Shown: positions 55,448 to 57,756 of the stretch, in pieces
Numbering within the stretch: position 1 is the first letter of the stretch
How the letters are laid out: the number at the start of each line of letters is the position of its first letter
Assembly: GCA_016930555.1 (NCBI GenBank)
Contig: JAFGGM010000054.1
Coordinates: 1-57,756 of the forward strand
Direction: 5' to 3'
DNA length: 57,756 nucleotides
Source of the DNA: Candidatus Bathyarchaeum sp.
Lineage (GTDB): Archaea; Thermoproteota; Bathyarchaeia; Bathyarchaeales; Bathyarchaeaceae
Notes under the pieces: model-generated
Told to the model about the DNA's origin: nothing
The model's database searches: none
What the model saw: the letters and a program-made list of their open reading frames with translations, nothing else
Position numbers and translations under genes: made by a program

Positions 55448-56791
55448 TTGATGAGTGGCATTAATAAGCGTAGACGGTCTCGAAGAATATCGAGGATTGA
55501 GGATACAAGAACGCTGCAGAGTCGTGGACCACCTATAAGAATAGTTAAGCGGGATGGTCGTATCGAAGAATTCAATCGGATTAAAATGATTAATAGTATA
55601 CGAAGTGCTGGAGCAACTCAAGAAGAGGCAAATCTTGTCACGAGTCGAGTTTCAAATCGTATGACGCGTAGAGAGTCTCTTCCATCAAAAGAAGTTTCCC
55701 ATATGGTCACACGATCACTATCTCACGTAAATCCAACTGCATCGCGAAATTATGCAGATAGACGCGATCGCAAATTGGCTTATGATAATCGGGTGAACCA
55801 GCTATCCTCAGAGATTTCATCCATTAATCAACAAGTAAATCTTGCTGCAAACAGAATCGACAACCTTGACAGTCAAATCCAAGGTTTGGCTGGGCGAATT
55901 TCTCGAATTCGTCAAGGCAACTATCGTGTGCTTACTCATTTGGAGACTAAGCAAGCCTCTCTCTCAGAAACATGGGCTAGTCTAAGCCCCGGACTTCGAA
56001 ATCAGGTCAGTACAAAAGCTGAGATTATTCGTAGTCACACCCAAGATCTCCAACAGTCTCTCATGAGCAAAATGGGAGATTCAAGCTATAATTTGAATAA
56101 TCTTCAAGATATTGAGTCAGCAATTCCAGGGTTGCGATTGAACCTTTCGGAAGTTCAGAATTCAGTAGTTTCTGAGTTGTCTTCTATAGAGAAAGCGTAT
56201 GAAGAAATTAATAAGGACCTTACAAGTGCTGAGAGGACTTTGTCTATTGTAAATGGGGCATCCTTTGCCTGGGAGGAGGGAGAGACTCCTATTCTTGCAA
56301 TTAAGGCTAAAGATTTGAATAATGACCATGAAGGCTATATAACTCTGACCAATCATCGATTTGTTTTTGAGCATGAGAAAGAAATTGCATTAAAAAAGAC
56401 ACTTTTTATTGTGACTGAGAAAAAGATTGTTAGAGAAACTAATGTGGAGAAACCTATTGGAATGGTTGTCAGATTGGCGCAGGGAAAGGTGGGCTTTTTC
56501 AAGGGAGCAGGTCTTTTTGTTGAATTTGCTTCTGAAGCAGGCCTTCCTGAGATGAAATTTGACACTTCCAGTCAGGACGCGGACTGGGCTATTAATAGCT
56601 ACAATTATGTTCTTTCGGGTCAAGCGGAAAAAGAGCTAGATCTTGCAGCTCCAGATGTTGCAAAAGAAAAAGAGACGCTTCAACTTATCAGTTGTCCAGT
56701 TTGTGGTGCTCCATATAAAGAAAAGGTGTATCGGGGGCAAACTTCTGTCAACTGTAAGTACTGTGGTTCAATTATATCTTTAAAGCATTAG
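55448..56791 (+). CDS. ATP-cone + coiled-coil + PH-like + Zn-ribbon protein
   Basis: IVKRDGRIEEFNRIKM (ATP cone), long heptad region, GYITLTNHRFVFE (PH/GRAM-like), CPVCGA...CKYCG. Confidence 0.8.
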   Translation: MMSGINKRRRSRRISRIEDTRTLQSRGPPIRIVKRDGRIEEFNRIKMINSIRSAGATQEEANLVTSRVSNRMTRRESLPSKEVSHMVTRSLSHVNPTASRNYADRRDRKLAYDNRVNQLSSEISSINQQVNLAANRIDNLDSQIQGLAGRISRIRQGNYRVLTHLETKQASLSETWASLSPGLRNQVSTKAEIIRSHTQDLQQSLMSKMGDSSYNLNNLQDIESAIPGLRLNLSEVQNSVVSELSSIEKAYEEINKDLTSAERTLSIVNGASFAWEEGETPILAIKAKDLNNDHEGYITLTNHRFVFEHEKEIALKKTLFIVTEKKIVRETNVEKPIGMVVRLAQGKVGFFKGAGLFVEFASEAGLPEMKFDTSSQDADWAINSYNYVLSGQAEKELDLAAPDVAKEKETLQLISCPVCGAPYKEKVYRGQTSVNCKYCGSIISLKH

Positions 56792-56923
56792 AAAAGCGTT
56801 TCATCACGACATCTTTGATTAAAGGGAAAGTTGATAATTAAAAAAACTATTAGGTCTGAGGAAAAGACGTTTTAGTCGACATCTTTTTTAGGTAAATCAT
56901 ACGAATTAATTCTGAGGGTTTAT

Positions 56924-57559
56924 ATGTCATTTATTAATAAAGCAAAGAAAAAGCTTGAAGATTTAGCTGGCGCAGCAAAAGACGCAGTTGACGGTGATGA
57001 CGATAAAACCAAGAAAGAAAAAACTGCTGAAACTAGCTCTAGCACAATTGATAAAGTGAAGAGTGATCAGGGAATTCTTTCCAAGATTCAGAACTTTTTT
57101 ACTTTAGGCTATGGAACCAAAGAAGATTTGAGGGAATTAGATGCGAAGCAAAGGGATCTTTATTACATGGACCTAAGGGACATGCGTCATGTTTGGGAGG
57201 ATTTATATCTTGAAGCCTTGGATGCTGGTCATGCCCAGAGCAGAGATTACAAAAAGGTTATTCAGGTGATGGATCGAGTCACCGAGAAGGTTCGACATGC
57301 CGATTATGGTTATGCGGGTCTCTTAGACAGAAAAGGGCATATAAGGGAAAATGAGTTGGCTCGAGTTTTCGATTATGATCGTGACCTTGGTAAGGAACTT
57401 GAGACCTTGAAGGAATCTGTAAACAAAACTAGCAGCGAGGTTGAAGCAGAGAATTGGGAGACAGTGCCTGACGAAGTAAAAAATGTGAAGAAGCTGTTGC
57501 TTTCTTTCGAAGATAAATGGAATGAAAGAGAAAAACAGTTTAGACCTTTAGACGCATAG
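56924..57559 (+). CDS. Conserved helical protein preceding an SPFH gene
   Basis: GYGTKEDLRELD, HADYGYAGL, LARVFDYD; all-helical composition. Confidence 0.75.
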   Translation: MSFINKAKKKLEDLAGAAKDAVDGDDDKTKKEKTAETSSSTIDKVKSDQGILSKIQNFFTLGYGTKEDLRELDAKQRDLYYMDLRDMRHVWEDLYLEALDAGHAQSRDYKKVIQVMDRVTEKVRHADYGYAGLLDRKGHIRENELARVFDYDRDLGKELETLKESVNKTSSEVEAENWETVPDEVKNVKKLLLSFEDKWNEREKQFRPLDA

Positions 57560-57572
57560 GAGCAATAAGGGA

Positions 57573-57756
57573 ATGCCGGTTATAGAGAAAGTTGCTTGGG
57601 ATTTAGCTCGTTCTGGAGACATAGCTTACCGTTTTCCTAACCTTTCATTAAAATTTGGTAGCCAAGTTGTCGTTAAGGAGAATCAGTGGGCTGTTTTCTT
57701 CCGTGATGGAAAAGCCTACGACGTTTTTGGTCCAGGTAGACACACCATAACCAGCA
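57573..57756 (+). CDS. SPFH/Band-7 (YdjI-like) protein, partial
   Basis: Manual translation: MPVIEKVAW...IAYRFP...FGSQVVVKENQWAVFFRDGKAYDVFGPGRHTI. Confidence 0.85.
   Translation, partial: MPVIEKVAWDLARSGDIAYRFPNLSLKFGSQVVVKENQWAVFFRDGKAYDVFGPGRHTITS

Noticed and set aside
1-57756. tRNA or rRNA genes
   Set aside because: No cloverleaf or rRNA-like segment recognised by eye; tRNAscan-SE would be decisive.

Overview
Archaeal chromosomal window. TBP, Rpo5, eL15, RNase P proteins, geranylgeranyl reductase, a PEF-type sorting signal and a complete archaeal ACDS/CODH operon (cdhABCDE) point to a Wood-Ljungdahl archaeon, most likely Bathyarchaeia; this taxon is inferred, not verified. Most of the window is housekeeping. 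The main discovery is a 3,983-bp integrated element (22392-26395) bounded by a perfect 21-bp direct repeat that splits a DUF763 gene. It carries a tyrosine integrase, a Zn-rich HUH rolling-circle Rep, two small Cys-rich ORFs and a branched GC-rich origin-like structure, and it shows strong A/C versus G/T strand skew. Joining its ends in silico restores the host gene (371 aa). It also fuses a Shine-Dalgarno site and N-terminal codons at the right end in frame onto the integrase at the left end, giving a split integrase with an ACG candidate start. Second, there is a candidate nitrogen regulon. Two duplicated single-domain KaiC-like ATPases sit upstream of amt with no adjacent PII gene, and glnA is followed by two stand-alone Lrp/AsnC ligand-binding proteins. 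All three promoters share a TGAA-N6-TTCA palindrome 39-40 nt upstream of the BRE/TATA block, and two share an identical 18-bp core. Other points: an Rpo5 with an RPB5-like N-terminal domain, a sensor-domain/radical-SAM fusion, a NikR operator, several homopolymer frameshifts, and genes lacking canonical start codons. All assignments come from motif recognition by eye; no database searches were run.
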